Below are positions 26,244 to 40,330 of a DNA stretch of 64,000 bases, in pieces. The stretch is taken from positions 23,188,001-23,252,000 of the forward strand of contig OX597816.1 of the NCBI GenBank assembly GCA_951406725.2, in the 5' to 3' direction. The notes beneath the pieces are model-generated. The model made no database searches, had not been told where the DNA came from, and saw only the letters and a list, made by a program, of their open reading frames with translations. This stretch comes from Octopus vulgaris (Eukaryota). Every line of letters starts with the position of its first letter. Within the stretch, counting starts at the first letter, position 1. The translations under genes were made by a program, and so were the position numbers.

Positions 26244-26930
26244 CATTCTTTTGCTATGTCACTGAGTGTGCAGTACAGTTAAGTTCCATAACAGGTCTAC
26301 GTCCGTTCATCAAAAAAGTTAGTTTATAATATTTTGCCATATTTTTTTGCGAAGTTATTGTTACTTGTCAATTCTTTTTCAATTTTGCAATATGTTTTCT
26401 TTTCACCTGAATGCCTGATTGTATCTATGCTTTACTTGCTTATAAACTTTCCTTTCGTTTCTCCTGAGTATTCCTCTTTTTCGATTGATTGAAGAGATAA
26501 TGCGTTCTTTTTCGAGTATTTTTACAGTTGCCATTCAACCAATCTTTATTACCTGCCTTTTTTGTTTTTAAATTTCTTCCTTTTTTTCTATTCCTCTGAA
26601 TAGGATGAAAATGTACATGGCTTTGTATATAGTTGCAGTAAAAACTAATGTCCTACCCTGTTTTAATTTTACAGTTCATAAAGTAATGATGACGCAGTGA
26701 GCTCAATCGAGGATGTTGTTTCCAGAAAGATCTATTTTACCGTATAATCATATGGGCGGACCAACGTGTTTAATGTAATGAGCCACAAAAAATATATTAA
26801 TTAAACATAATTACACGCGTAGTGTAGAGAAAAGTTATGAACTTGGATGGTTAATACTGGTTAGGAAAGGAGAGGAAGAGAGCTACTAAATCCAAATTAT
26901 TTCAAGTTAAATTTGATATATATAAAGTGT

Positions 26931-27229
26931 GGAGACGCAATGGCCCAGTGGTTTTGGCAGCAGACTCGCGGTTGTAGGATCGTGGTTTCGATTCCGGGCA
27001 TTTGAGTGTTTATCGAACGAAAACACCTAAAAGCTCCACGAGGCTCCGGCAGGGCGTGGTGGCGATCCCTGCTGTACTCTTTCGCCACAACTTTCTCTCA
27101 CTCTTTCTTCTGCTGGTCTGCTCGCTTAGCCAGCGGCGTGGGGTCACTTGAAGGCTAAAACAATGCAAAGCGCATTGTGACCAGCGATGTGTAGCAACAT
27201 CTGATAGCCTGGTCAGTCACGGTGATCAC
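26931..27229 (+). mobile_element. SINE family B, tail type 2
   Basis: Head GGAGACGCAATGGCCCAGTGG; flanked by TATATAAAGT direct repeats. Confidence 0.85.
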
Positions 27230-27339
27230 TGTTATATATAAAGTATAAAGTGGTGAGTCGTATATCTTGCGTGTAGTCACAAATACAAACTTGTTTCAAT
27301 GTTATCAGATCTCCACCGCGTAGAACAGTTTAACAAGTA

Positions 27340-29370
27340 CTAACCAGGTAATAGATGATTGAGTTATATATAAGTTATATATAAATGATTTGACAAGGTT
27401 TTACACTGTAGCATATGGTCGATTCAAACAGCCTTTGAACGTCGCATTGTATCATTCAAACAACACCTGCGGAACCGTAAAGAAGAAATGAGTACATTCC
27501 ATGCATACTCAAAAGTAAAAAGAACAACATATTCGGAGTTGGAGAACCACTGTGCAGATGCTTTGAGATTATAAGTGTCTCATGCAACCCAAAGGAGGAT
27601 GACTAGAAGCTTGGAGAAGAACACGCTTCATAGCAGCAAAATGCAACGCGTGTGTATATATACCGTAAACCAGATGATAACAACGACATCACAGGAGGTG
27701 TAGCCTCTCCTGGACATGTGATAGATACATTACATCTCACCTAGAAGTATATCTCTTCGCTAAGCAGGAAAAGTAGATTGCTACTAATTATCTGATGAAC
27801 AAGACAGACAAAGATAACGCTAAACTTCCACATTGTGATAATAAAAAAAACAATGTTGGCTCTTCTATCAGATCATCCCATGAGTTCTGTCCGAATTTTG
27901 AATAAAGAAAACAAGTGATCAAATGTTATATTTAGTGGAAATGTAATCATCAATGTACTTTACCCGATTATCTATGATTTTCTTCCATCTATTTACAAGC
28001 TTTTTAATCCCATCAATGTAAAACTCTTTTGGTTTCAAAGCGAAGAACTCTGAAATGTCAGTTTCGACTTCCTCCTGTCTTGCGAAAGTTATGTCCCCCA
28101 AATAATTCTGTAAACTATGAAACAAATGTTATCCTGAAGGAGCAAGGTGGGGAGAATGAGGCGGATGAAGAATCTTTTACCAACCAGGCTCTTCGATCTT
28201 CTGTGATGGGATCTTTGCTGTATGGAGTCCCGCATTGTCCTGATGAAACATCACTCCTTTTCCATTAACTATAGCGGGATATTTTCTTCGTAGATTGGTT
28301 CTAACGAACTAGTTGCTGACAGTAGACTTGAGCATTGATTGTTGCATTAGATGGTAACAATTCAAAGTGAATTACTCCTTTGCAATCCCACCAGATAGAG
28401 AGAAGAGCCTTTTTCCCATGAAGTTCCCTTCTCGGTTGTGATTCAGCTTTTTCCCTGTTATAAAGCCACTGTTTACGACGTTTAACATTTCAATAGAAGA
28501 TCCATTTTTCGTCACCTCACCAGTCACAAGCCTATCCAAAAAGGGTGAAATGAGTTCGCGAGAATGAAGAGAAGAGCAGATGTCAACTCGGGATTTGCGG
28601 TTGCTTTCGGACAATTCATAAGGCACACATTTTCCAAGTTGTTGAAGATGACGATGAACAGTTATATGGTTTGAACCTAGCTTTATTGCGAATTCTTCAA
28701 CTAATAATGCAGGATTTTCTTCAAGTGATGCCTCAAGGAGCTTATCATCAAACTCGACTGGACGTCCTTTTCGATCTTCATCTTCAAGGCTGAAATCTCC
28801 AGTTCTGAATTAAAGAAATTTTAATTCTAGTATTCTGTAAAATAATATTTAAGTAGTTTAAATCTACACAAAATGCATAAAAATAATTTTTAATTCTATT
28901 AGACATTCTAAAATACTATTAAATTTCATTCAATTTTAAAAAAGGGAAAATCGAACAAAATTCATGGGATGACCTGATATACCAGTTTCGAAGATATCAA
29001 ACTCATCAACAGCAGCTACCTCAAAATGTCTACGAGATATTACCAGTCTATGATGCATGATGTAGATGCTAAAACTATTTACAATTCTATCCACAGCAAG
29101 GATTGCACTGATGTATACATCAAAGGCAAATGAGAACCAGCGTGTACATGTAACCTGAAAAATACGAAAACACTGATGGAACAATTCAATAACAAAAAGA
29201 ACAGGAATCCAGTACAAATATAACAGACCTGATATTGTTCTGTGGAACAAGGAACGAAAGTCATTCACTGTTGTAGGGGTCAGCTACAGGAAAATTGAAT
29301 ATTTTTTAGAAATCTCTGAACTCAAAGAGGCGTATCGGTTTGTTACAAACCGGATTGAACTCTCCGAAGG
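27340..29370 (+). mobile_element. Decayed RLE-type (R4-like) non-LTR retrotransposon 3' region split by a mariner
   Basis: Before the mariner: SHLEVYLFAKQEK*IATNYL..; after it: EDIKLINSSYLKMSTRYYQSMMHDVDAK (degenerate CCHC/RHD region) and YNRPDIVLWNKERKSFTVVGVS (PD endonuclease motif). Confidence 0.6.
27868..28977 (-). mobile_element. Mariner-family DNA transposon, defective
   Basis: TIRs TCAGATCATCCCATGAGTTCTGTCCGA and TCGAACAAAATTCATGGGATGACCTGA with TA flanks; transposase pieces PYELSE..FLDRLVTG, FHQDNA, LFHSLQNYL..FYIDGIKKLVNRWKK; frameshifts and stops. Confidence 0.9.
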
Positions 29371-30464
29371 ATGTAAATACTACACAATAATACACACATA
29401 ATTATACATACATAATTATGTGTATATGTATGCATGAGTATGTATGTATGTATGTATGTATGTATGTATGTATGTATGTATGTATGTATGTATGTATGTT
29501 TGTATGTGTGTGTGTATATATACATACATGCACACGTATATGCATATTTACACACATACATAAGTAAATACAGGCACGAACGCATTCATAAATACATCCT
29601 TACATATACATATATACATATATACATACATACATACATACCTACATACATACATGCATGAATTCATAAATACATCCTTACATATACATATATACATATA
29701 TACATACATACATACATACATACATACACCCATACATACATACATACATACATACATACATACATACATACATACATACATACATACATACATTCAGATA
29801 TACATACATACATATATACATACATACATACATACATACATACATACATACATACATACATACATACATACATACATACATACATACATACATACATACT
29901 CATGTTCTCACAAAGATTGAGGGGGAAGTGACATAGGAAACATCGCTACAGAACTTTTTTACTGAAGATATAAATTTATATTCAGTATGTATGCACTTAG
30001 CGCTATCTGAATTCCTGGTTCAACTTTTATAATGTATGAATATATGCATGTACACACATACACACTCACGAATATACACACCTACACATATATATGTGTG
30101 TGCCCGCGTGTGACAAAAGAAAAGGAACTACGTAATAACCTTCAGTCATTAGCACCTGTTTCGTTTACAGGTGAGCGCGCAGCCAGGATATCAGAATATG
30201 CCTACATACACACATACAAACATGTATACATGATTACATACACACACGCAGATATGTATATATATATACATATATACATAAACAATGAAAGAGAGTGATA
30301 GATAATAACTAGATACATATATCTATGAATATATGTATGTGTGTGTATATATACATATATATATATATAATATCATATAAATAATATATAAATATATGCA
30401 TATATGCATATGTATATGTACATACTTACATATATATGTATATATACAAGCATATATGTGTACA

Positions 30465-30800
30465 TGACATCAAACAACGTTAAACACAATGAGAAACGAA
30501 AGCATAGAAACGAACATTTTTGGGGAGCAACGAAAAAAGCAAACAGAGAAACGAGACATACAACATAAAGAATATTCCCCTTCTTCAGTTGTCCCCTGTT
30601 TCATCTACTCCGCGTTCGAAGGTAAGGACAATACGAGACTTCGTTGAAACGGACCTTCCCGCAAAGCAAATTAAATAAAATTTGGGATTTTATGCGGAGG
30701 GTGAAAGTGGTAACAAGAACAGGACAGTGAGAATAAAACAGTAAAAACAAACGGTGAGGGCTGTTAAGCCAAGACGATAGAAAAATTATTATGAACGCTA
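30465..30800 (-). mobile_element. Probable Penelope-like terminal fragment
   Basis: TA-flanked; T-rich 3' end on the minus strand; contains GAAGGT..ACCTTC-GAA-CGCG and CTGAAGA motifs. Confidence 0.4.
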
Positions 30801-31147
30801 GGAAGAGGAGCATATGAGAGAAGACAATATAGGCAGGTGTTGTCTTTAAGAAGGTAATGGGCAGAAAAATAGATTCTCTTTCGTCATGCGTCAGCGACGA
30901 GAGAGTCGAGGAGGAGGAGTGAGTGAGAGGGAACGGTGAAGAGGACAGAAGAATAGGGTGGGAGAGAAAACCAGAGAGGATGAAGAACAACAGAGGGAGA
31001 GAGATAGACATAGAAGAGATAGTAGAGATAGAAGAGTGCGCATCGTAATTAAGATAAAACGTATTTGGAAAAGGATGCGTGGCCTTCGATCATATAATAA
31101 TATAAATTATATATATATATGTGTGTGTGTGTGTATATATATATATG

Positions 31148-31202
<55 letters not shown>

Positions 31203-31399
31203 TATATACTTATCTATATATACATGCATACCAAGAAAACGGAGAATACATACAGAGAACAATCAATTCAGTCATTATCATAGTTCAGTCGAATTAATGA
31301 ATATATTTAGAATAAGAAGAAAATTGAGAAACCTTTTCATCAACAAACAAACAAATTGACCAACTTCGGTTAATTATTTTTAAATGCAAAACTTAACAT

Positions 31400-31515
31400 T
31401 GCTTACGGCCGTTTCGGCTACCAATGTCAGTCGGTGCCTACAAAGAAAATACTGAAAATAATATTCGTCATCTTTATAGCGCATTCTCGATCTAGTACAT
31501 AGAGCTTCATCAGTG
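31400..31515 (-). ncRNA. Degenerate hammerhead-like motif with long stem II insert
   Basis: Minus strand CUGAUGA-A-GCU..(~85 nt)..AGC-C-GAAA-CGGCCG-UA; palindromic stem III ACGGCCGU; stem I poorly paired. Confidence 0.4.
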
Positions 31516-32332
31516 TGAATACAAATACGTAAAATAAAAGAAAGGAAGAGGAAGAAGGAAGGAACTGGGCCTCGATATGAGGCAATAAGGCTCAATCAAT
31601 TAGAATTATACCATTTTGCAGTGTGAAGTCTGAAGTTGATGGGGAAAAGAGTAAACTAGCAAATAATCTTGAAAAATAATTGCTGGGTTGTCTCTTTTTA
31701 TAGGGGTATCAGGGTGTATGAATAACAATAAAATAAAACTAGCGCTAAATTAAAACAACAATCGCCAATAAATCTAGAAAAAAGGATAGTACTTGTGATT
31801 TCGTAAATAGAGCTGACTAATATTTATCGAGAAACATACCCGTAAAGTTTTTATAATAGAGACCGACCACCTGTTGTCCGTAATGGAATTGACCAAAGTC
31901 CAGCCATCTCTACAATTGGTCACTTACATTTAAAACCAAGGGCAAGCTAAGTCCGTTACAGTGGTAGACGTAAATAAAGAAGTAAATAGACCAGTAAATA
32001 AAAGGTGTGGAGGAGAAGACTATGTCATAAGTGGCTCGAGGCCGCTTGTGTCCCTATACACCACCTCAACTTAAAATAAAATAAAAATATAAAAATTAAA
32101 TAAATACTAGCAACCGTACGGCAGTAACTTTCTGCCAGTTAAGGGGAGACTACTGTTAAGTGAGGTGGTTACTAGTGGATTTATTATCTGTATCCTATGA
32201 CCATGCCGAGGGTTAACAAAGGTAATTGATACCGGTAGTAAGGATAGATTTTCTTCACCCTTAGACTGTTATTCAAACCGCTAACTCTGCTCACCTATAT
32301 TTACACACACACACACATACACGCACGCACAC

Positions 32333-32430
<98 letters not shown>

Positions 32431-32589
32431 CAATCCGTTCTGTCTGTGTGTGTGTGTCTTCTCGGATCTCGGGCATCCTCCATCCGATTGCGCTCAAATT
32501 TGATATGTAGATACCGACGGTATCAGGGCGTGAATAAGTCTTGAAAAAATTTTTGCTCGTATATATGTAAATATATATATATATATCTG

Positions 32590-32766
32590 TAGTAAAAACT
32601 CTCCTTCCTAACCACAGGGTTCCGGGTTCAGTCCCAATGTGTACTGTCACACGGTGTCTCCTCCAAATGTGGGACATTTTTATGCTTCATCCTGTACTAT
32701 AGTCCCGGGCCGACCAAAGATTTGTGAGAAGATTTAGTAAAGGGAAACTGAAAGGAGGCCGTCATA

Positions 32767-32811
<45 letters not shown>

Positions 32812-33238
32812 CTGTACGTGCGTGTATTCTGTATTGTGTTGTGTATATCTTGTGTGCGTGCTGTGCGTTTTTCTTGTATCTGTGTGTGTGCGTATGGTAT
32901 TTGTGTGTGGCGTGTGTGTGTGTGCGTGTGTGCGTGCCAGTGTTGTTTGTGTGTGTGCGTGTATGCATGCGTGTGTTGTTTGTGTGTATGTGTGTGTATG
33001 TGTGTGTGTGTGTGTGCGTGCGTGTGTGTCCGTGTCATTGCATCATTGTTTCTCAAAACCGCTTGACAACCGGCGTCGGTTTGTTTATGTACCCGATCTG
33101 GCGAAACTCCAAAAAGAGGCTTTGGAACATAACTACTAGGATCGATTCATTCCACTAAAAAGAAAAAAAAATTAAGGCGATGCTCTAGCATGGCCGCAAT
33201 CTAATGACTGAAGCAAGCAACAAGTAAAATAGTAAAAT
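32590..33238 (+). mobile_element. Diverged SINE family A with expanded TG tract
   Basis: GGTTCCGGGTTCAGTCCCA head remnant, CCGACCAAAG body, GGCGATGCTCTAGCATGGCCGCAATC tail. Confidence 0.7.
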
Positions 33239-33817
33239 CATGACAGATGTACGTTTGCGCGCGCGTGAGTATGAGTGTGTGTATGTATATGTGCGGGTGC
33301 ATGTGTGTGTGTTTGTGTGTGTGATTGTGTGTATGCTTGTTTGTTTGCTGTGTGATTTTGTGTGTGTGTATATGTGATGGTGTGTATGTGTGTGTGAGTG
33401 TGACTGTATATGTGTGTGTGTGTGTGTGTGTGTGAGTGACTATGTGTGTACGTGCGGTAGTGTGTTTGCGTGTTGCGTGTGTGTGCGTGTGTGTGCGTGT
33501 GTTTGTGTGCGTGAATGCGTTTGTGCATGATTGCGTGTGTGATTGTGTGTGTGTGATTGTGTGCGTGTGTGCGCGAGTGTATTTGTGTGTGTGTGTAAGA
33601 GTATGTGTGTGTGATTGCGTGTGTGTGATTGTGTGTCCGGTTGGCGCCTTTATGTGTGTGTGTGTTTGTGTGTGATTGTCTGTGTGTGCATATGTGTTTG
33701 TGTGTGTATGTGTGTAACCCAGTGATCCCCACATGTACACATGGCTTAATTAAAGTGCGGAAGTGAATACATGTGCTTTAGCTTCAACAAACTCTATCAA
33801 TAAATCATTTTACTTAC

Positions 33818-33856
<39 letters not shown>

Positions 33857-34068
33857 GCAGGATAAGAGCGAGGCTGGCTGACTTTTAATTATTGTATTTT
33901 CCAATACAGTAGAACATCGGTTTCCGAAGAACTCTCACCAAAAATAAATCGTACTTTATCCCCTGTCTTACTCATATTCATTTAATTGTGCTTTATATAT
34001 ATATATATATATATATAGTTTTTGGATTTGGTTTGCAAGATTCTTTATGTGACTTCGTGTGTTGAAGC

Positions 34069-34297
34069 ATATTCTGTTGTGTCTGGGAAGAGCCATTCTC
34101 TTTTAGTGCCTTATTATTTAACACGATTTCTAAAATTTTCGTTGTGTCTTGCAACCTTTTCAATAGTTTTTAAAAGGTTGCCAGACGTAACGAAAATTTT
34201 AGAAAAATAAAGAAAAAGAAATGAGCAGAAATTTTACCGGTGGGTGTGTGTTAAATTATAAGGCATTAAAAGAGAACGACTGTCCCCAGACACAACA

Positions 34298-34302
<5 letters not shown>
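34069..34302. repeat. Nested imperfect inverted repeat (fold-back) between TA tracts
   Basis: Outer arms 34069-34123 / 34248-34302; inner hairpin 34127-34206. Confidence 0.8.
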
Positions 34303-34344
<42 letters not shown>

Positions 34345-34711
34345 GCAAGATTTAATCGCGATCAGAGTTGTTCGAAAACCGAGGTACTATAGATTTTGCA
34401 ACGTTTGTACAGTTAAAAACTGGCCGCTTTAATCTCAACTCTTTGCACGCAGAAACAATATGTAGAAATAAACCTGAAAAATTCAGCAGGAGTTTACTTA
34501 TCCTAGACTCTCCAGAATACGGAATTTTAAGAATTGTCTTTCGTGTCTGTCTTCACGATCGTAACGGACGCGAATTTCAATGCAATATTCACAAGTTCAG
34601 AAATAATTATTCCCCTTGGACTACAAAACAACAAAAAGTGAAACAAAAAAAATTAGTTGTTCCCCTTGAATCAAAGTTGAGTTTGCTCCTTTTCTTATTT
34701 CAAGTTTATTC

Positions 34712-35046
34712 TTTTTAGTTGTTTCGGGCATTTGACTGCGGCCATGCTGGAGCACCGCATTTAGTCGAGCAAATCGACCCCTAGTACTTATTCTATCGGT
34801 CTCTTTTGCAAAACCTCTAAGTTAAGGTAACATAAACACACCAACATCAATTGTCAAGCGATGGATGGAGGACAAACACAGACACACAAACATATACATA
34901 AATGTAAATATATAGGACGGGCTTCTTTCAGTTTCCGTCTATCAAATCTACTCACTAGGCTCTGGTCGGTCCGAAGCTATAGTAGAAGGCACTTGCCAGA
35001 GGTGCCACGCAGTGGGACTGAACCCGGAACCATGTGGCTGGTAAAC
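34712..35046 (-). mobile_element. SINE family A, 5' truncated
   Basis: Reverse-complement match to 19205-19600. Confidence 0.85.
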
Positions 35047-35311
35047 AGTTAATATATTATTCGTTTATCGAGTTTGGTATAGACATACGTTTGTGTATGG
35101 AATTACATGTGTATACTTAAACACCCAGCAGCAATACTAAGATCAATATATATCAAAACAAACATAAGCACACACACACACACACATATATATATATACA
35201 TATATACTTAGGTGTTTTTGTAAGTATGTATATATTTATATATATATATATATATATAATTATATATAATTATATACACGCGCGTGCACATAAATATATA
35301 TATAGATAGAT

Positions 35312-35390
<79 letters not shown>

Positions 35391-35699
35391 ATTAGTACAT
35401 ACATACATACATACATACATACATACATACATACATACATACATACATACATACATACATACATACATACATACATACATACATGTTTATATATAAGCAA
35501 TATGCGTCGATTAGCATTAAACTTGATTTAGCACTGGTTTCCGCAAGTTTGCCCGCTAATATGTCTTGAAGGAATATAGATATCAATTTTCATCTACTTT
35601 TGTTAATCTCTGCAGTATCTCACCAGTTTTTACATATGAACAATTTCTGTACCAGCCTGTCATCTCCACCATGAGAAGGGAGTTATGTTACTCTCTGTG

Positions 35700-36200
35700 A
35701 ATCATCGTCTGAAATCACTTAACTCATGTTATTAAAGAATTCGTGAGGATTGTAAAATCAACAATATCTGTTAGCCTAGTGAGAAATCTTCTACATCCAC
35801 GGCTACGTGGTTTTCCAGATGGAATAGACTACCAAACATCTTCTTTACTAATTTGGTAATATCTTAAATGGTCTGCGAAAGATCTCATTTACTTGGATTT
35901 CATTAAAATTTTCGAGTCGTCCAAAGCATTCCCCTGAAGTAACTATCCAATAATGAAGTCTGTATGAAGCTGCTGTGTCGGATTAAATATTTTCCGACAA
36001 ACAGAACCCAGCATGTTACGATCGACAGAAATCATCCAATACCTCAAAAGTTATTAGTAGTAGGACCCAGGATTCTCTGTCAGAGCCTCTTCAGTTTATT
36101 AGTTACATAAATTACATTGCAAGTATCATCGGAAGTATTACAATAAAAATCTATACAGACGACTGTAAGCTCCAAAAATTCATCAGGAGATATCGTGATC
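35700..36200 (+). mobile_element. Heavily decayed CR1/L2-like reverse transcriptase fragment
   Basis: Remnants in order: IYLDF, TQDSLSEPLQFISYIN (PQGSVLGPLLF..YIN-like) and YTDDCKL (YADD-like). Confidence 0.6.
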
Positions 36201-36754
36201 AACCAGAACGCCATACTAACCTACACTGGCGAAAATAAATTTAAGATCGATGATAAAAGTTCTATTTCTTATAAAATATTTTGTTACTAACACCATACAA
36301 ATTATTTTCATCCTTTACACCTTATGCAGAATTTATTTCTCTTTCGAATGATGCGGACAATAACTATTTTTATACAACTTGAAGAATTCTAATGCTAAAT
36401 TAATTTAAACGTTTCAAATTTACTGGCAAACTTAGTTTGGAATGTCATCCTCGCTGTATGTGGCTGAGCAATATCCTGTTGGATGAACACATTTCGACTT
36501 CAAACCAAAGATGGTCGTAGCCTCATCCGGTAGCTCATCTATTTCATCGAGTCAGTCATCTTTGTGCAGTGGCGCCGGATTGCCTCAAGTTCTGCCACCA
36601 GTTTGGAGTTCTGCGGCGACTACAGTTATATATATATAACAAAAGAGAATAGATATACATACAAACGTACACATACACACAAACACACACATATACATAT
36701 ACGAATATAAACATACATGTGCTTATGTATGTATTCATATATGTATATAAAACG

Positions 36755-37068
36755 ATAAACGTCGCTCTTTTCAAGCCTAGCCAGGCTCATGAGCCCGGTT
36801 TCCCGGTTTCTGTGTTCCCCGGTATGTGATCCCCCCAGTTGGACGGGGACACCAGTCCATCGCAGCGTTACACAGGAACAGGAAGAGAGAGTGAGAGAAA
36901 GATCTGGCGAAAGAGTACAACAGGGGTCACCACCACCCCCTGCCAGAGCCTCATGGAGCTTTTAGGTGCTTTCACTCAATAAACACACACAACGCCTGGT
37001 CTGGGAATCGATACCGCGATCCTCCGACCGCGAGTCCGCTGACCTAACCACTGGTACATTGCACCTCC
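36755..37068 (-). mobile_element. SINE family B, tail type 3
   Basis: Family B head joined to CGCTGCGATGGACTGG..CATGAGCCTGGCTAGGCTT, the tail found on family C copies. Confidence 0.85.
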
Positions 37069-37221
37069 ACACATGTATATATGTGTATTTATATGTATGC
37101 ATATGTACACATATAAACACACACACATACATACATACATACATACATACATACATACATACATACATACATACGTACATACATACATACATACATATAT
37201 ATGTGTATGTATGTATGTACG

Positions 37222-37254
<33 letters not shown>

Positions 37255-37625
37255 GTATGTACGTACATACATACGTACATACATACATACATACATACAT
37301 ACATACATACATACATACATACATACATACATAAATAAATACGTAGATTTATAACAGAATTGACGTCGTTCTGGGCTAATGATTCGCTACATCTACTTTC
37401 TCGCAAAATATTATCCTATTCACTATAGTATCAGCAACCCAGAACATGGAGCTCAGAATGGATATGTCCTTGTAGACTAGCCTAATGGTAATCTACCATC
37501 ATTCTGCTGAACCAAAGAGAGATAATGATATATTAGTAATATAATATATAAAATAACGGAATTGACAGGTTTACTCACTTTTATTCCCAAATATAAATCT
37601 TTATTTTATTCACAGCTGAACGCTG

Positions 37626-37693
<68 letters not shown>

Positions 37694-37757
37694 TATGTGC
37701 AAGAGTGTGTGTGCACGCGTGAGCCTGTGTGTTTGGATAGATGGGTGGATAGATATC

Positions 37758-37835
<78 letters not shown>

Positions 37836-38194
37836 ACATTAGTGCATGGTATATATCTTATCAATATGCGTAAATACAAAAGTAGTATGTATATATATAT
37901 ATATATATATATATACCCAGTGAACGGGCATGCTAGCCTATCACTTGGGATACCCCAGAAACGTGTGTAAGGGTTCAAATTCACCTTAACCTAATTAAAT
38001 TATTATAGATGACTTGAGATAGGCGTCCTCCCTCGGATTTGTCCTTTTACTCTAAGATATATATATGTATATATGCACGCTTGCATCTGTACTGTTACTA
38101 GTACATGGTAGTTCATAGATAGGATATACAGGATATATATACCCATCAGACACATATTTATATAAATATGTATCTATGCATGTATTTACATATA

Positions 38195-38232
<38 letters not shown>

Positions 38233-38313
38233 AATACATACAAGATACATATTTATATATATATTCCTATCTTGTATGTATATATATGGGTATTTATGTT
38301 ACTTTCTGTGTAT

Positions 38314-38372
38314 ATTCCACTGAAGAGACAAAGCATTTCTTAATGCAAAGTCAGAAATCCGGGATCTGGAAT
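38314..38372 (+). ncRNA. Type I hammerhead ribozyme motif, best formed in the window
   Basis: Stem I AUUCCA/UGGAAU; CUGAAGA 38320-38326; stem II GAC-aaa-GCAUU-ucuu-AAUGC-aaa-GUC; extra A; GAAA 38354-38357; stem III AUCC-G-GGAU; AUC site ending at 38366. Confidence 0.75.
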
Positions 38373-38602
38373 TATCCAGTAATTTTTTGCTAGTTTTATT
38401 TTGTCTTTTTGTCTTCTATCCTTGTGCTGTATGAATATTTAATCTGATTTTAGAGTCAGGTTTTGGCTGCTATTTTCAGCATGGCGGTATCTCGTAGATA
38501 CCCTAAATTATAATTTGAATAATAATTATTACCTTTGAATGTTTTTATTTCCATGCTGGCCACTTAATACGATCGATATTTAATTTAAATTAACGATCTT
38601 AT

Positions 38603-38653
<51 letters not shown>

Positions 38654-39064
38654 CACATGTGTACGAATGTGTGCTATATACCATGTGTACACTCAAAATG
38701 CACACACATACATACACTCATATATATAAACACACAGAGAGAGAGAGAAACAGAGAGAGGTAGAGAAGAAGCGAGGTCATGATGCAGCTACACATATACA
38801 GTGTGATATGTTGATATATGCCTGTGTATAATGTCTGCATTCGGGTATGGCTTTATAGTGAAGTATAATATCGTTCTGAAACATTTCCATGGAAGTGTAC
38901 TGGCTCTAATATATATTAATATCTGCATTTGGGTATCTATAGCATTGGATCCACAGCGTATGTCCGAGTAGATATCACCGTGAGATATGAGAATACTGAT
39001 ATCTTCTCTAATTGATATCGATCGACAAGGAAGCATAGCAGAGGCTCATTCGTATTGTTGCCAT

Positions 39065-39426
39065 AAAAACACACACACACACACATGCACGCATAGATAC
39101 ACAGACATATAGCCGCATGTACACAAACATGCATTGTCACAGACACGCACACATATATGCGCGCACACACACACATACATACATATACACACATACACAC
39201 ATACGCACATACACATTCAAGCAGGGACACACATTCCTTTACTCACGAAGAAAAACACACACATGCACGCATAGGTACACAGACATATAGCCGCATATAC
39301 ACAATCACGCACTGTCACAGACACACACACATATATGCGCGCACACACACACATGCACACACATACATACACACATACGCACATACACATTCAAGCACAG
39401 ACACACATTCCTTTACTCAGGAAGAA
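39065..39426 (+). repeat. Tandem duplication of a ~180-bp CA-rich unit
   Basis: ACAGACATATAGCCGCAT..CACATTCCTTTACTCA occurs twice. Confidence 0.85.
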
Positions 39427-39560
39427 ATGCTAATAAATATAAATGCATTCATACATACATATGTTCTGAAAGGGAAACAATCATATATGCATGCATGCAC
39501 ACGTGTTTGTGTATGAATATGTGTGTGTGTAATGTGTGTGTGCGTGTGTGAATGCATCTG

Positions 39561-39593
<33 letters not shown>

Positions 39594-40294
39594 GTGTGGT
39601 TGCTTCTATAGATACGCTTGTATACCGTGGGAAGTCCTCCGTTACACCAGTCAGCTATACAGATTCCATTTCTGACTGTACTCTTTCACTTCTCGTAAAA
39701 CTAACCGATATATTAATAGTAATCACATTTAATCTACATGATTTTAATATTACTCTACACTATGCACGGATGCACCACATGAGAGAGATATGTCAGGGAT
39801 ATGGACCTGTTGCATTCTTACCTTATCCCATCGTTATTAATTGCATAAGTAAAATGAAGTGGATTTTACTGCGGATTCAAATTACGTTATCTTTTGGGTT
39901 CGTAAGAAGCTTACTGCCTCCCCACCGAAACTTACTACATAAGTTATATAAGCAGAAAGTAACGATATACACTGAGCTGATAGTCTTCTGCAGTGATCCA
40001 TTCATCCACTCATAGCAAATATATTGAAATCTTCGCTTATATTTTTCGTATAAGATACTTCGAAGTAGGATGGTTTCCATTGAACTGGCTGCTCCGTTAT
40101 CTTATAAGTAAAGTGTTCTTTGATTGCTCTACAACGGACTGTATCACGGTACACACCACACACACACGTACATGCTATCCCCCTTAAACTATATATATAT
40201 ATATATAGGGAAAGTTTACGAAAAAACAAAACAAAAGACAGGTGGTGTACAAAACAAACAGATGTATTAGTATAAGCTCAGGAATAGAAAAAGT

Positions 40295-40330
40295 ATTTTA
40301 CGTTTCGAGCCTACGCTCTTCTGCAGAAAG
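40295..40330 (-). ncRNA. Minimal hammerhead motif with core variant CUGCAGA, in a Penelope-like terminal fragment (~40208-40378)
   Basis: Minus strand UUU-CUGCAGA-A-GAGC-GUAG-GCUC-GAAA-CG-UA-AAA. Confidence 0.55.
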
